A stretch of 32,955 nt of DNA. Source: Patescibacteria group bacterium (GTDB lineage: Bacteria > Patescibacteriota > Patescibacteriia > Patescibacteriales > VMTK01). The notes under the pieces are model-generated. The model did not search any database and was not told the DNA's origin. It was given only the letters and a program-made list of their open reading frames with translations. The stretch lies in NCBI GenBank assembly GCA_034723335.1, contig JAYEOU010000141.1, positions 1-32,955 on the forward strand, read 5' to 3'. The translations under genes were made by a program, and so were the position numbers. Shown one piece after another: positions 17,789-26,414 of this stretch. Positions within the stretch are counted from its first letter, which is position 1; each line of letters opens with the position of its first letter.

Positions 17789-18850
17789 TTATTCACAGCT
17801 GCCGCTAGAATTAGAGCTACTGCCGCTAAAACCAAAACCCGGAGTCGGGGTGTCAGCGGATAAATTTTCGTTGCATTCGTCTGGTGGATTATTGAAAGTG
17901 GCGCATATCGCTTGTTTTAAAGATTCAGGATTTCTTGGCATAGAGCATACTTTCCCGCTTCTTCCATTCACGCAAACTTCTCCAGTATGACAATCAGAAT
18001 CAGAATTACACGAAGATTCTCCCATCTTAACTCCATTAATTACAAAGCCGGGAGAACCTCCTATGCCGTATTTTTTATTATCTCCGCTGTCAACATTAAA
18101 TTGCGGAAATCGTCCGCTTTTCCATGTTGTTTTATCATTATACATTTCCGTAACTTTATACTGTCTGTCAGTTGCAACAACACAACTGCTTAACTTGTTT
18201 TTATTAATGCCTGTTTTAGATAAACAGCTTTCCGACTCTCCTTTTTCAAGAAAACATTTTAAGTAACTAATTAACTTGCCAGACTGCTCCTTTTGAATGC
18301 AATGCTGTATAAGCTGTTCATTAAGCTCTTTTTTATCATGCATGGCGTAATCGCAAAATTTAAGCTGAAAATCAATCTTATGTCCCAATATTTCTAAAAC
18401 AGGCAAAACGCCTTTTTCAATCTGCGTGCCAAAAGGGCAATGGCTCATTACAAAAATTTCCACGGTTGGCTTGTCTTGTTTAACAGACACAGCGCTTGCT
18501 GGCGGCTGGTTGCCAGCAGTATTATTATTTTTTTCCGCTGTCGCTTTTTCAATTTCCTCAATGTCCATCACTTGCGGAAAAAACTTTTTGCCGTCTTTGG
18601 TAATGTAAGAATCAATGTCTTTGCCGCTGCCAATGTCCACGACTACTTTATATAAATCCCCTTCATCAATAATTGTTTTAATACTTGCTTTCTTGCCTGC
18701 TTGCATTAAATTATTATTAATAAATCCCTCCACTTTTGCTTGGGCTTCTTCCGGGGCTAAAACAATTTTATTATCTTTAGTCCCAGAATAAGCATAGCCG
18801 GCTATGGCTAAAATAATTACAACTACAGCTAAAATAATTACTTTTTTCAT
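17789..18850 (-). CDS. Membrane-anchored/secreted thioredoxin-fold (DsbA-like) protein with a Cys-rich C-terminal tail
   Basis: N-terminal hydrophobic anchor. VEIFVMSHCPFG sits at the CxxC position but reads CPFG. GSPGFVINGV resembles the DsbA cis-Pro loop region. The C-terminus is CNSDSDCHTGEVCVNG...C. Confidence 0.55.
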   Translation of the reverse strand: MKKVIILAVVVIILAIAGYAYSGTKDNKIVLAPEEAQAKVEGFINNNLMQAGKKASIKTIIDEGDLYKVVVDIGSGKDIDSYITKDGKKFFPQVMDIEEIEKATAEKNNNTAGNQPPASAVSVKQDKPTVEIFVMSHCPFGTQIEKGVLPVLEILGHKIDFQLKFCDYAMHDKKELNEQLIQHCIQKEQSGKLISYLKCFLEKGESESCLSKTGINKNKLSSCVVATDRQYKVTEMYNDKTTWKSGRFPQFNVDSGDNKKYGIGGSPGFVINGVKMGESSCNSDSDCHTGEVCVNGRSGKVCSMPRNPESLKQAICATFNNPPDECNENLSADTPTPGFGFSGSSSNSSGSCE

Positions 18851-18958
18851 AGTTTTTTGAATTAATAATTTGTTAAATAATTAATAATAAAACCTTAGCA
18901 AACTTATTTAAAAATGTCAAAATTTTTCAAATCCCTATAAATCTGCTAAAATTAAAAT

Positions 18959-19801
18959 ATGCCTGAAGAAAACAAAACAATTCAAACAAAAAATAATCCT
19001 ACAGCGGATGGCGGCGGCAAGGCAGAAATGCCTGCCTCGCTTGCTCCAAAAGAAATGCCTGCTCCAAAAAAAGTAAAAACAACAAAAATCCCTGCGCCGG
19101 CAGAATCGAAGATAACAGAAGAAGCTGTTCCAACAGAGCAAAAAATAGCGGCAACGGAAACCCCATTGGATATAAAAAATTATCCGACAAGGCAAGCAGG
19201 ACCAAAGCAAAGTGTTGAATCAGAATCGCGGCCAGCCCGGGAAAAAACTAAACCAACAGAGGAAAAACAGCCAGAAGCTGCGGAAAAATTAATAGCGGAA
19301 AAGCCAGAGCCATTGGATGAAACAGAACAAGCTAAAACAGAAACAAAGTCCCTGCTTCCTGAATCAGCGCCAAGCCAAGCCTCAAAAACTCCTCCTACTG
19401 CTCCTGCGCCCATCGCCCAACAGCCAAAAACTCAGCCTGCTTCGCCGGCTAAAGGCGGACTTGCCGCGCCAAAACAAGACGGGCTTGCCGCGCCTACTCA
19501 AGCAAAGCCAGCGCAACCAGCCGTAAAGCCAACAGTGCCTTTTATAATTAAATTCCGCGACAAGCTAACCGAGCTAAGAAGGCAAGCTAACCAAAAACGA
19601 AGCCAAAAAGCAAAAGAAAACTTAGATAAAATTATGGAATATGCTTTCAAAACGCAAAAGGTTGTTAATGATGATGTGGAAAGATTAACAGGGGTAAAGA
19701 ATGCGCAGGCCAGAAATTATCTTCACAAATTAGTTAAACAGGAAAAATTAATCAAATTTGGCAAAAACATAAACACTTTTTATAAACCCGTTGTTCAATA
19801 A
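18959..19801 (+). CDS. Protein with an about 190-aa disordered P/A/K/E/T/Q-rich region and a C-terminal winged-helix-like domain
   Basis: The C-terminal VVNDDVERLTGVKNAQARNYLHKLVKQEKLIKFGKNINTFY looks like an HTH plus wing. An ATG start and a hairpin terminator follow the stop. Confidence 0.6.
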   Translation: MPEENKTIQTKNNPTADGGGKAEMPASLAPKEMPAPKKVKTTKIPAPAESKITEEAVPTEQKIAATETPLDIKNYPTRQAGPKQSVESESRPAREKTKPTEEKQPEAAEKLIAEKPEPLDETEQAKTETKSLLPESAPSQASKTPPTAPAPIAQQPKTQPASPAKGGLAAPKQDGLAAPTQAKPAQPAVKPTVPFIIKFRDKLTELRRQANQKRSQKAKENLDKIMEYAFKTQKVVNDDVERLTGVKNAQARNYLHKLVKQEKLIKFGKNINTFYKPVVQ

Positions 19802-19828
19802 TCGCTAATTTGCTCCAAATTAGCGATT
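19800..19828 (+). terminator. Hairpin terminator
   Basis: aatcgctaattt-gctcc-aaattagcgatt followed by atttta. Overlaps the stop codon of the preceding CDS. Confidence 0.7.
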
Positions 19829-19869
19829 ATTTTAATAAATTAAAGCAAGCGAATTTTTCGGCTTTGGGA

Positions 19870-19899
19870 TTGATTTTTGGTCGCGGAGTATGGTAAAAT
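19870..19899 (+). promoter_or_regulatory. Candidate sigma-70-like promoter upstream of the methylase/nuclease operon
   Basis: ttgatt (19870-19875), an 18-nt spacer, then tg-g-taaaat (-10 at 19894-19899, with an extended -10-like TG). Confidence 0.3.
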
Positions 19900-20025
19900 A
19901 TCTATAAGAAAAATAATCTTAATTTGTTATCTTACCTTATGCAAGCTGTAATATAAAATAAATTGTTATTTTGGTTGCCCGGCAAATTTCAAGTAGAATA
20001 ATTAAAAATTAAATTATAAAATTAC

Positions 20026-20160
20026 ATGGACACAATCACTGCTCAAATTAAATGTTCATCCGATTTTTGCGATGAGTTAAGGAAAGAAAGGTTGTTTTTT
20101 ATAACAATCGCAGAGGCATTAGGGATTGATCGCGAAGATGTTATAGAATTGGATGATTAA
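20026..20160 (+). CDS. Possible 44-aa ORF upstream of the operon (below the ORF-track length cut-off)
   Basis: My translation is MDTITAQIKCSSDFCDELRKERLFFITIAEALGIDREDVIELDD*. ITIAEALGIDREDV is HTH-like, but the ORF is very short. Confidence 0.2.
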   Translation: MDTITAQIKCSSDFCDELRKERLFFITIAEALGIDREDVIELDD

Positions 20161-20221
20161 ATAAATATTAATTCCAATCCAATTAGCATTTTTAATAAAT
20201 ACCGGGTTATGATTCAATTAT

Positions 20222-21502
20222 ATGACAAAAGCAGACACAATAAAGAAACGATTTTCAAAAATCAAGATTGACCCGTCTTGGGCTTTTGCTGATAAAACGC
20301 GGAAAGAAACATCATATCTTACACACGGCTACCATCGCTATCCGGCAAAATTTATTCCTCAAATTGTTTCTCGGTTATCTGAGAAATATACCAAAGAGGG
20401 TGATTTAATTGTTGATCCTTTTGGAGGATGCGGCACGACTTTAGCTGAAGCAAAGGTTATAGGCAGGCGTTCTGTCGGAGTAGATATAAATCCTGTTGCT
20501 ACTTTAATAACAAAGGCAAAAAAAACACCGATTAAACCAGCCGAATTAGAGGAGCAATTTCTAAAGATAAAAGAAAAAATTGATTTCTTTAATAAAAGTA
20601 CGAGAGTTAAAACGCCTGAACATGAAAGAATTGATTATTGGTTTAAGCAGGAAGAAAAAAGAAAACTTGCTTTTCTTTTTTCTGAAATTTCAAAGATAAA
20701 AAATAAAGATGCGCGAGATTTTTTTTATTGCGGTTTTTCTAATATTCTTAAAAATTGTTCAATTTGGCTTCAAAAAAGCAATAAACCGACAAGGGATTTT
20801 AGCAAAGAGCCGGCAGATCCATTTGCAGTTTTTGCGCGCCAGATTAGAGCAATGCTACGGGGCAATTTTGATTTTTATAATATTTTAAAAGAGCGAGGAT
20901 TTTTAAAAACTTCATGTAAAATTTATTGCGCTGACGCTAGAAAAATACCAACAAAAAATAATTCCGTAAGTTTAATTGTTACATCTCCGCCTTATGTTAC
21001 TTCTTATGAGTATGCTGATTTGCACCAGCTTTCTGCCTTATGGTTTAAATACGCAGATAATTTAAGCGATTTTAGAAAAAGGTTTATCGGCACTTCGCAT
21101 AACGGAGTAAAAGAGATAATATTAAATAGCGAGATTGCGGAAAATATAAAAAAAGATTTAGAGCAAAAAAATAAAAAATTAGCAAAAGAGGTTGCTATTT
21201 ATTTTAGCGAGATTAACCAGTGCTTTAAGGAAATGAAAAGAATGTTAAAAAAGAATGGCAGGGCTTGTATTGTGATTGGAAATACAAGTTTAAAGGGAGT
21301 GGAAATTTTAAACGCGGAAGTTTTTACTGAGCAGATGCAGAATTTAGGATTTAAGATTGATGATATTATTAAAAGAGAAATTCCGTCAAAAAATTTGCCG
21401 TCAACAAGAGACAAAAAAACAGGCAGATTTGCAAAATTAACTAATAAAAATAATATACAAGTTTATCCAACAGAGTATATTTTAATAATGAAAAAAATAT
21501 GA
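20222..21502 (+). CDS. DNA methyltransferase (N4-cytosine/N6-adenine family, motif order I...TRD...IV)
   Basis: YPAKFIPQIV (motif X-like), DLIVDPFGGCGTT (motif I), then IVTSPPYVTSYEY (motif IV, SPPY) about 190 aa downstream. Confidence 0.88.
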   Translation: MTKADTIKKRFSKIKIDPSWAFADKTRKETSYLTHGYHRYPAKFIPQIVSRLSEKYTKEGDLIVDPFGGCGTTLAEAKVIGRRSVGVDINPVATLITKAKKTPIKPAELEEQFLKIKEKIDFFNKSTRVKTPEHERIDYWFKQEEKRKLAFLFSEISKIKNKDARDFFYCGFSNILKNCSIWLQKSNKPTRDFSKEPADPFAVFARQIRAMLRGNFDFYNILKERGFLKTSCKIYCADARKIPTKNNSVSLIVTSPPYVTSYEYADLHQLSALWFKYADNLSDFRKRFIGTSHNGVKEIILNSEIAENIKKDLEQKNKKLAKEVAIYFSEINQCFKEMKRMLKKNGRACIVIGNTSLKGVEILNAEVFTEQMQNLGFKIDDIIKREIPSKNLPSTRDKKTGRFAKLTNKNNIQVYPTEYILIMKKI

Positions 21503-22248
21503 CCACCAAAAGAAAAATAATAAAAAAAGCGAAAAATTTTTTTACTATCAAGAATTTATTATTGATTTATGATAAGTATAAAGAAAAATATGGCGATGAT
21601 GCTTACAAATATTTAAGCAAAGTTTTTGAGGAAGCAAAACCGTTGCATAAAAAAAGTTTTTTGAAAAGTAAAACAGCTCAAGAAAAAATTCAAAAAGGAG
21701 GAACGCCTGACCACGAACAATCATGGAGAGCATTTAAAGGAAAAAATTTAGAAAAAATTATTATTTATATTTTAAAAGATGTGATCAATGGATTAGATTT
21801 AGAGGTTTTAGACGGCAATAAATTAGAAAAAACAAATGGCGCGAATTTATCAAAAGAATTAAGTTTAGTTAAAAGAAATCTTTTAGTTGATTATGGCGAG
21901 TTTGGCTCTCATCTTCCTGATGTTGATATTATTATTTATGATCCAAAAACAAGTAATGTCGTAGCTGTGCTTTCAAGCAAGGTAACTTTGCGAGAAAGAA
22001 TAGCGCAAACAGGATATTGGAAAATTAAACTTGCTTCTGACGAAGCGACAAAACATATTAAGGTTTATTTTGTAACGCCTGACGAAGATGGAACGCTGAC
22101 GATAAAAAGTCCAGCCAAAAAAGGTCGGGCAATTGTAGAAATAGACACAGACGGAAGTTATGTTTTAAGCAAGACGGATATTGAGGAAAGCGACAAAGTA
22201 AAAATGTTTGATAAATTTATTGAAGATTTAAAAAAGCTACTAATATGA
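21499..22248 (+). CDS. Putative PD-(D/E)xK restriction endonuclease
   Basis: PDVDIIIYD ... AVLSSKVTLRERIAQ is consistent with a PD...(S/E)xK core. The start overlaps the M1 stop (ATGA). It lies between two methyltransferases. Confidence 0.55.
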   Translation: MTTKRKIIKKAKNFFTIKNLLLIYDKYKEKYGDDAYKYLSKVFEEAKPLHKKSFLKSKTAQEKIQKGGTPDHEQSWRAFKGKNLEKIIIYILKDVINGLDLEVLDGNKLEKTNGANLSKELSLVKRNLLVDYGEFGSHLPDVDIIIYDPKTSNVVAVLSSKVTLRERIAQTGYWKIKLASDEATKHIKVYFVTPDEDGTLTIKSPAKKGRAIVEIDTDGSYVLSKTDIEESDKVKMFDKFIEDLKKLLI

Positions 22249-22448
22249 AAAATATTAAAACTACAATTTTTTCTAACGGTGTCATTTTACAAGCCGTTGA
22301 GTGTATAATAAATGGCAAGAAACAGTGGAGGTGGATTGTTAATAGTTTTGAATATGATAGTTTTTTGAATGGAAAATTAATCAATCCAGTGGAATATGGT
22401 ACAAAACAAGATAATTTAACCGAAAAATTTGAAAATGGATATAACTAA
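22245..22448 (+). CDS. 67-aa hypothetical protein, translationally coupled
   Basis: ATGA overlap with the upstream stop. No motif recognised. Confidence 0.45.
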   Translation: MKNIKTTIFSNGVILQAVECIINGKKQWRWIVNSFEYDSFLNGKLINPVEYGTKQDNLTEKFENGYN

Positions 22449-23112
22449 TATGCAAATAGAATCAACAACTCTTTGGGATTTTCCGAGGCAGAATTATGGC
22501 GATAAGTTGCACGGGAATAATAAATATAATGGCGTTACTCCTGCGTCTGTAATTTGGAATTTACTGCAACGATATACAAAAGAGGGCGATTTAGTAGTTG
22601 ACCCGATGTGTGGAAGCGGAACGACCATTGATGTCGCCAATGAATTAAACAGAAAAGTAATCGGTTATGATCTTAATATTGTAAGACCAGATGTTATAAA
22701 AAATGATTCTCGGAAAATTCCGCTTCAAGACAATAGCGTTGATTTTGTTTTTATTGATTCGCCTTATTCTGACAATATAAAATATTCTGGCAAGGAAAAA
22801 TGTATTGGTAAGATTTCTTGCGAGGACGAAAATTTTTATGACGAATTAGAAAAAACTGCCAGTGAGATTTACAGAATACTAAAACCAAACAAAGCAATGG
22901 GTTGGGTTATCGCCGACCAATGGATAAAAAGAAAATTTACACCAACAGGATTTCTCATCTGGCAAAGATTGGAAAAATATTTTGAACCAATGGATATAAT
23001 TTGCCTAACTCGTCATAACCAAACCTCAAACACTGGAGTTTGGCATAACAGAGCAAGGCAGTTTAATTTCTATTTGAGAGGCTTTAAATATTTATTTATA
23101 ATGAAAAAATAA
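22435..23112 (+). CDS. Small divergent DNA methyltransferase (motif I followed closely by an atypical motif IV, DSPY)
   Basis: LWDFPRQ, DLVVDPMCGSGTT and FVFIDSPYSD. The ORF-track start at 22429 is TTG, and ATGs lie at 22435 and 22450, so the start is uncertain. Confidence 0.8.
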   Translation: MDITNMQIESTTLWDFPRQNYGDKLHGNNKYNGVTPASVIWNLLQRYTKEGDLVVDPMCGSGTTIDVANELNRKVIGYDLNIVRPDVIKNDSRKIPLQDNSVDFVFIDSPYSDNIKYSGKEKCIGKISCEDENFYDELEKTASEIYRILKPNKAMGWVIADQWIKRKFTPTGFLIWQRLEKYFEPMDIICLTRHNQTSNTGVWHNRARQFNFYLRGFKYLFIMKK

Positions 23113-23133
23113 ATTTTTCTGTTTAGCGGTAAT

Positions 23134-23457
23134 ATGAAAATTAAAATTAAAAATGACAGGTATTATAAAAAAAGAAATGGGGCGGCCAAGATAATTAATA
23201 TTCAGTGCGCTAAATGCGGAAATTTCCTTTTTTCATATCAAAAAGACGGGCATGGAGAATTGATGCGGTGTTATCTAAACAGAATAATTAAGCCGGAAAA
23301 ATATTCGCGGATAAAAAATGAAGCGAACAATATAAAAGATATGGATAATTTAAAATGTGTTTGCGGAGAAATAATCGGAGTTCCGATGCAACATAAAGAT
23401 AAACGCTTGGCATTTCGGATGAAAAAAGGAAAATTTAAACGAAAATATAAAAAATAA
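23134..23457 (+). CDS. Basic zinc-ribbon-like protein, last gene of the operon
   Basis: CAKCG ... CVCG gives four Cys in CxxC...CxC spacing. Lys/Arg-rich N- and C-termini (KKGKFKRKYKK). Confidence 0.6.
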   Translation: MKIKIKNDRYYKKRNGAAKIINIQCAKCGNFLFSYQKDGHGELMRCYLNRIIKPEKYSRIKNEANNIKDMDNLKCVCGEIIGVPMQHKDKRLAFRMKKGKFKRKYKK

Positions 23458-23481
23458 TTTTTTGTAAATAAAAAAGCATGT

Positions 23482-23500
23482 TAATTACGCGACAAGTCTA
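23482..23500. mobile_element. Solo terminal inverted repeat of MITE family 1
   Basis: taattacgcgacaagtcta is a perfect right TIR, with no partner or core nearby. Confidence 0.7.
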
Positions 23501-23502
23501 AT

Positions 23503-23543
23503 AAAATAATCCCCTTGTTTGCACTAAATAAGGGGATTATTTT
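23503..23543 (+). terminator. Hairpin terminator after the operon
   Basis: aaaataatcccctt / aaggggattatttt, a 14-bp stem with a T-rich tail. Confidence 0.7.
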
Positions 23544-23559
23544 AATAAACAAAAAGCCA

Positions 23560-23596
23560 ACAAAACCAAAAACCGCCCCGGCAACCAAGGCGGTTA
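23560..23596 (-). terminator. Hairpin terminator downstream of gyrA
   Basis: aaccgcc...ggcggtt stem. On the minus strand it is followed by ttttggttttg. Confidence 0.6.
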
Positions 23597-23625
23597 TTTG
23601 TTTTAAATTCTCACTTCTACTTTCC

Positions 23626-26406
23626 CTACGTCCAAGTAACACACGCCACCTTATCATCATCCTCCTTAAACCGCATTAATTTTACTCCCTGCGTATCCCG
23701 TCCTGTCTGGTTAACAGATTTAAACGGCAATCTGATTACCTGGCCCTTTTGTGAAATCACGATCAAGTCTTTATCTTTCATGGTTTCAGTATTAACCACA
23801 TAAGCATTTATCAGTTTACCTGTCTTGGCTGTTACTTTAGCTGTTTTTAGGCCTGAACCGCCCCTGCCCTGCACTTTGTATAATCCTAAGGCGGTGCGCT
23901 TGCCAAAGCCTTGTTCCATAATAGTTAAAACCTGATACTTTTTTACTCTGTCTTTATCTGTTTTTATAACCCCCATACCCACAATCGCGTCGTCTTTTTT
24001 AAGGCGGATCCCGCGAACCCCTGCCGCGCCACGGCCCATATCGCGAATATCGGCTTCTTTAAAGCGGATTGCCTGGCCATTGGCTGTAATTAACTGAATA
24101 TGGTTAGAACCCCGGGTTGGCTTGGCCCAAATTAGTTTATCGTCATCTTTTATTTTCACGGCAATTAGGCCGGAACGCCACACATTGCCAAAAGCTTCAA
24201 TTTTTACTTTCTTAACCAGCCCTTTTTCAGTGGCGAAGAATAAATATTTGCTTTTAGCAATCTTATCTAACGGCAAAATTGAAGTTACCTGCTCGCTTCC
24301 GGTAAGCTGAAGAAAATTAACAATTGCCTGGCCTTTGGCAGTTCTTGTTGTTTGGGGAACTTCATAAGCTTTTAGCTGAAAAACTCTGCCCCGGGTGGTA
24401 AAAAATAGAATGTCAGTATGGGCCATGGTAGTAAACATAAATTCAACCATATCTTCTTCTTTAGTGGACAAGCCTATTACGCCTTTGCCGCCCCGGCCCT
24501 GCACCTTAAAAGTGTCTGGCGGCAAGCGCTTAATATAGCCGTCGCGCGTCATCACTACTATTGTTTTCTCATTAGGCACTAAATCTTCAGCGCTAAAATC
24601 CTTAACTCCATGCGCCACGATTTGCGTTTTGCGCTCATCGCCATGCTTGTCTGCAAGCTCCTGCAATTCCTGTTTAATAATCCCTTTTATTTTAGCTTTA
24701 GACTCTAAAATACCTGTTAATTCTTTAATCAGCTCGCGCTTTTCTTTTAATTCATCTTTAATTTTTTTGCTTTCCAAATTAGCTAAAACCGCTAATTTCA
24801 TTTCCAAAATAGCAACGGACTGGCGCTCAGTAAGTTTGAATTTTTTTATTAAATTAATTTTCGCCTCTTCGCGGTCGCGGGAAGCTTTAATTATTTTTAT
24901 TACCGCGTCAATGTTATTAAGCGCTATTATCAGCCCTGCCAGGATATGCGCCCGATCTTTAGCTTTGTCTAAATCATATTGCGTGCGCCACTTAATAACT
25001 TCCTCGCGGTGCTTAATATATTCTTCAAGCGCCATTTTTAAAGTTAAAACTCTTGGCTGGATGCCGTCGACCAAAGCCAGCATATTAACATGAAAAGTTT
25101 CCTGCAATTGGGTATGCTTATATAAATAGTTCAGAACTTTTTTTGGATAAGCGTCTTTTTTTAAGTCTATCACTACGCGCACCCCGTCTTTGTCCGACTC
25201 GTCGCGCAAATCTTTAATGCCGTCTAATTTTTTATTTTTTACCAACTCGGCTATTTTTTCCACCAAAGCCGCTTTATTAATCTGATACGGCAATGCAGTC
25301 GCTATAATTTGAAATCCGCGATTTTTACTTTCAACAATTTCCGCTCTGCCCTGCATAACAATGCCTGCCTTGCCTGTTGCGTAAGTTTGCAAAATATCCT
25401 TATTGTTGTAAATTATGCCTCCGGTCGGAAAATCAGGCCCTTTGATAAATTGCATTAAATCTTCAACCACCGCGTCAGGATGATCAATTAAATGAATAAT
25501 GCCCTGGACCAGCTCTCTTAAATTATGAGGCGGAATATTAGTCGCCATGCCAACTGCTATTCCCATAGCGCCATTAAGCAATAAATTAGGCAGCTTGGCC
25601 GGCAAAACTTGCGGCTCTTTGTGCGAGCCGTCAAAATTTGGTATAAAATTAACAGTATTTTTTTCAATATCATAAAGCAACTGCTCGGAAATCGCTGACA
25701 TTTTAGCTTCAGTGTATCTCATGGCGGCCGCGCGATCACCGTCCATTGACCCAAAATTTCCCTGGCCCTTTACTAAAGTATAGCGCATGGCAAAATCCTG
25801 CGCCATTCTAACCATAGAGTCATAAATCGCTGTATCGCCGTGCGGATGATATTTTCCAATTACCTCGCCAACAACTGTGGCTGATTTTCTGAATTTTACC
25901 CCTGAACGCAAGCCAATGCTCCACATAGCGTATAAAATTCTCCTGTGCACCGGCTTTAAGCCGTCCCGCGCGTCAGGCAAGGCACGCGAAACAATCACGC
26001 TCATGGCATAATCTAAGTATGACTTGCGCATTTCTTTAATAATTGGCTGTGGCTCAACCAAGCCGTATTCGGTTTTTTGTTTGCCATTGATCGGCTGTTT
26101 GGCTCCGTTTTTTTCTTCTTGAACTGTTTGTTTATTTTTTGGTTTAGAGCTTACGGCTATATCATCTCGCGCTATAGCATCCTCTTTTTTTGTCCCGCCA
26201 TCTCGCGGAACTGCGGGGAATAAATCCTTTTTCGCTGATTTTTCTTTCTTAACCGGCTTAACAGCTTTTTTAATCACCTGCTTCTTGCCAATAATTTTTT
26301 TAACAGCAAGCCTTTCAACCGCTTTTTTAACCACGGCTTTCTTTACCGGCTTTTTGGCCGGTGTTTTTATTGGTTTTTTAGATTTGTTTATTTTTTTCTT
26401 TGCCAT
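23626..26406 (-). CDS. gyrA: DNA gyrase subunit A with an about 118-aa Lys-rich N-terminal extension
   Basis: [32 protein letters not shown], the active-site region AAMRYTE, a GyrA-box-like QGRGGKG and C-terminal beta-pinwheel repeats. The extension is [28 protein letters not shown].... Confidence 0.96.
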   Translation of the reverse strand: MAKKKINKSKKPIKTPAKKPVKKAVVKKAVERLAVKKIIGKKQVIKKAVKPVKKEKSAKKDLFPAVPRDGGTKKEDAIARDDIAVSSKPKNKQTVQEEKNGAKQPINGKQKTEYGLVEPQPIIKEMRKSYLDYAMSVIVSRALPDARDGLKPVHRRILYAMWSIGLRSGVKFRKSATVVGEVIGKYHPHGDTAIYDSMVRMAQDFAMRYTLVKGQGNFGSMDGDRAAAMRYTEAKMSAISEQLLYDIEKNTVNFIPNFDGSHKEPQVLPAKLPNLLLNGAMGIAVGMATNIPPHNLRELVQGIIHLIDHPDAVVEDLMQFIKGPDFPTGGIIYNNKDILQTYATGKAGIVMQGRAEIVESKNRGFQIIATALPYQINKAALVEKIAELVKNKKLDGIKDLRDESDKDGVRVVIDLKKDAYPKKVLNYLYKHTQLQETFHVNMLALVDGIQPRVLTLKMALEEYIKHREEVIKWRTQYDLDKAKDRAHILAGLIIALNNIDAVIKIIKASRDREEAKINLIKKFKLTERQSVAILEMKLAVLANLESKKIKDELKEKRELIKELTGILESKAKIKGIIKQELQELADKHGDERKTQIVAHGVKDFSAEDLVPNEKTIVVMTRDGYIKRLPPDTFKVQGRGGKGVIGLSTKEEDMVEFMFTTMAHTDILFFTTRGRVFQLKAYEVPQTTRTAKGQAIVNFLQLTGSEQVTSILPLDKIAKSKYLFFATEKGLVKKVKIEAFGNVWRSGLIAVKIKDDDKLIWAKPTRGSNHIQLITANGQAIRFKEADIRDMGRGAAGVRGIRLKKDDAIVGMGVIKTDKDRVKKYQVLTIMEQGFGKRTALGLYKVQGRGGSGLKTAKVTAKTGKLINAYVVNTETMKDKDLIVISQKGQVIRLPFKSVNQTGRDTQGVKLMRFKEDDDKVACVTWT

Positions 26407-26414
26407 ACCTGTGT

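Noticed and set aside
21499-21502. Alternative genetic code (UGA recoding, as in some CPR lineages)
   Set aside because: TGA terminates well-defined ORFs (the ATGA overlaps, tsaD, tig), and conserved proteins are full length under the standard code.
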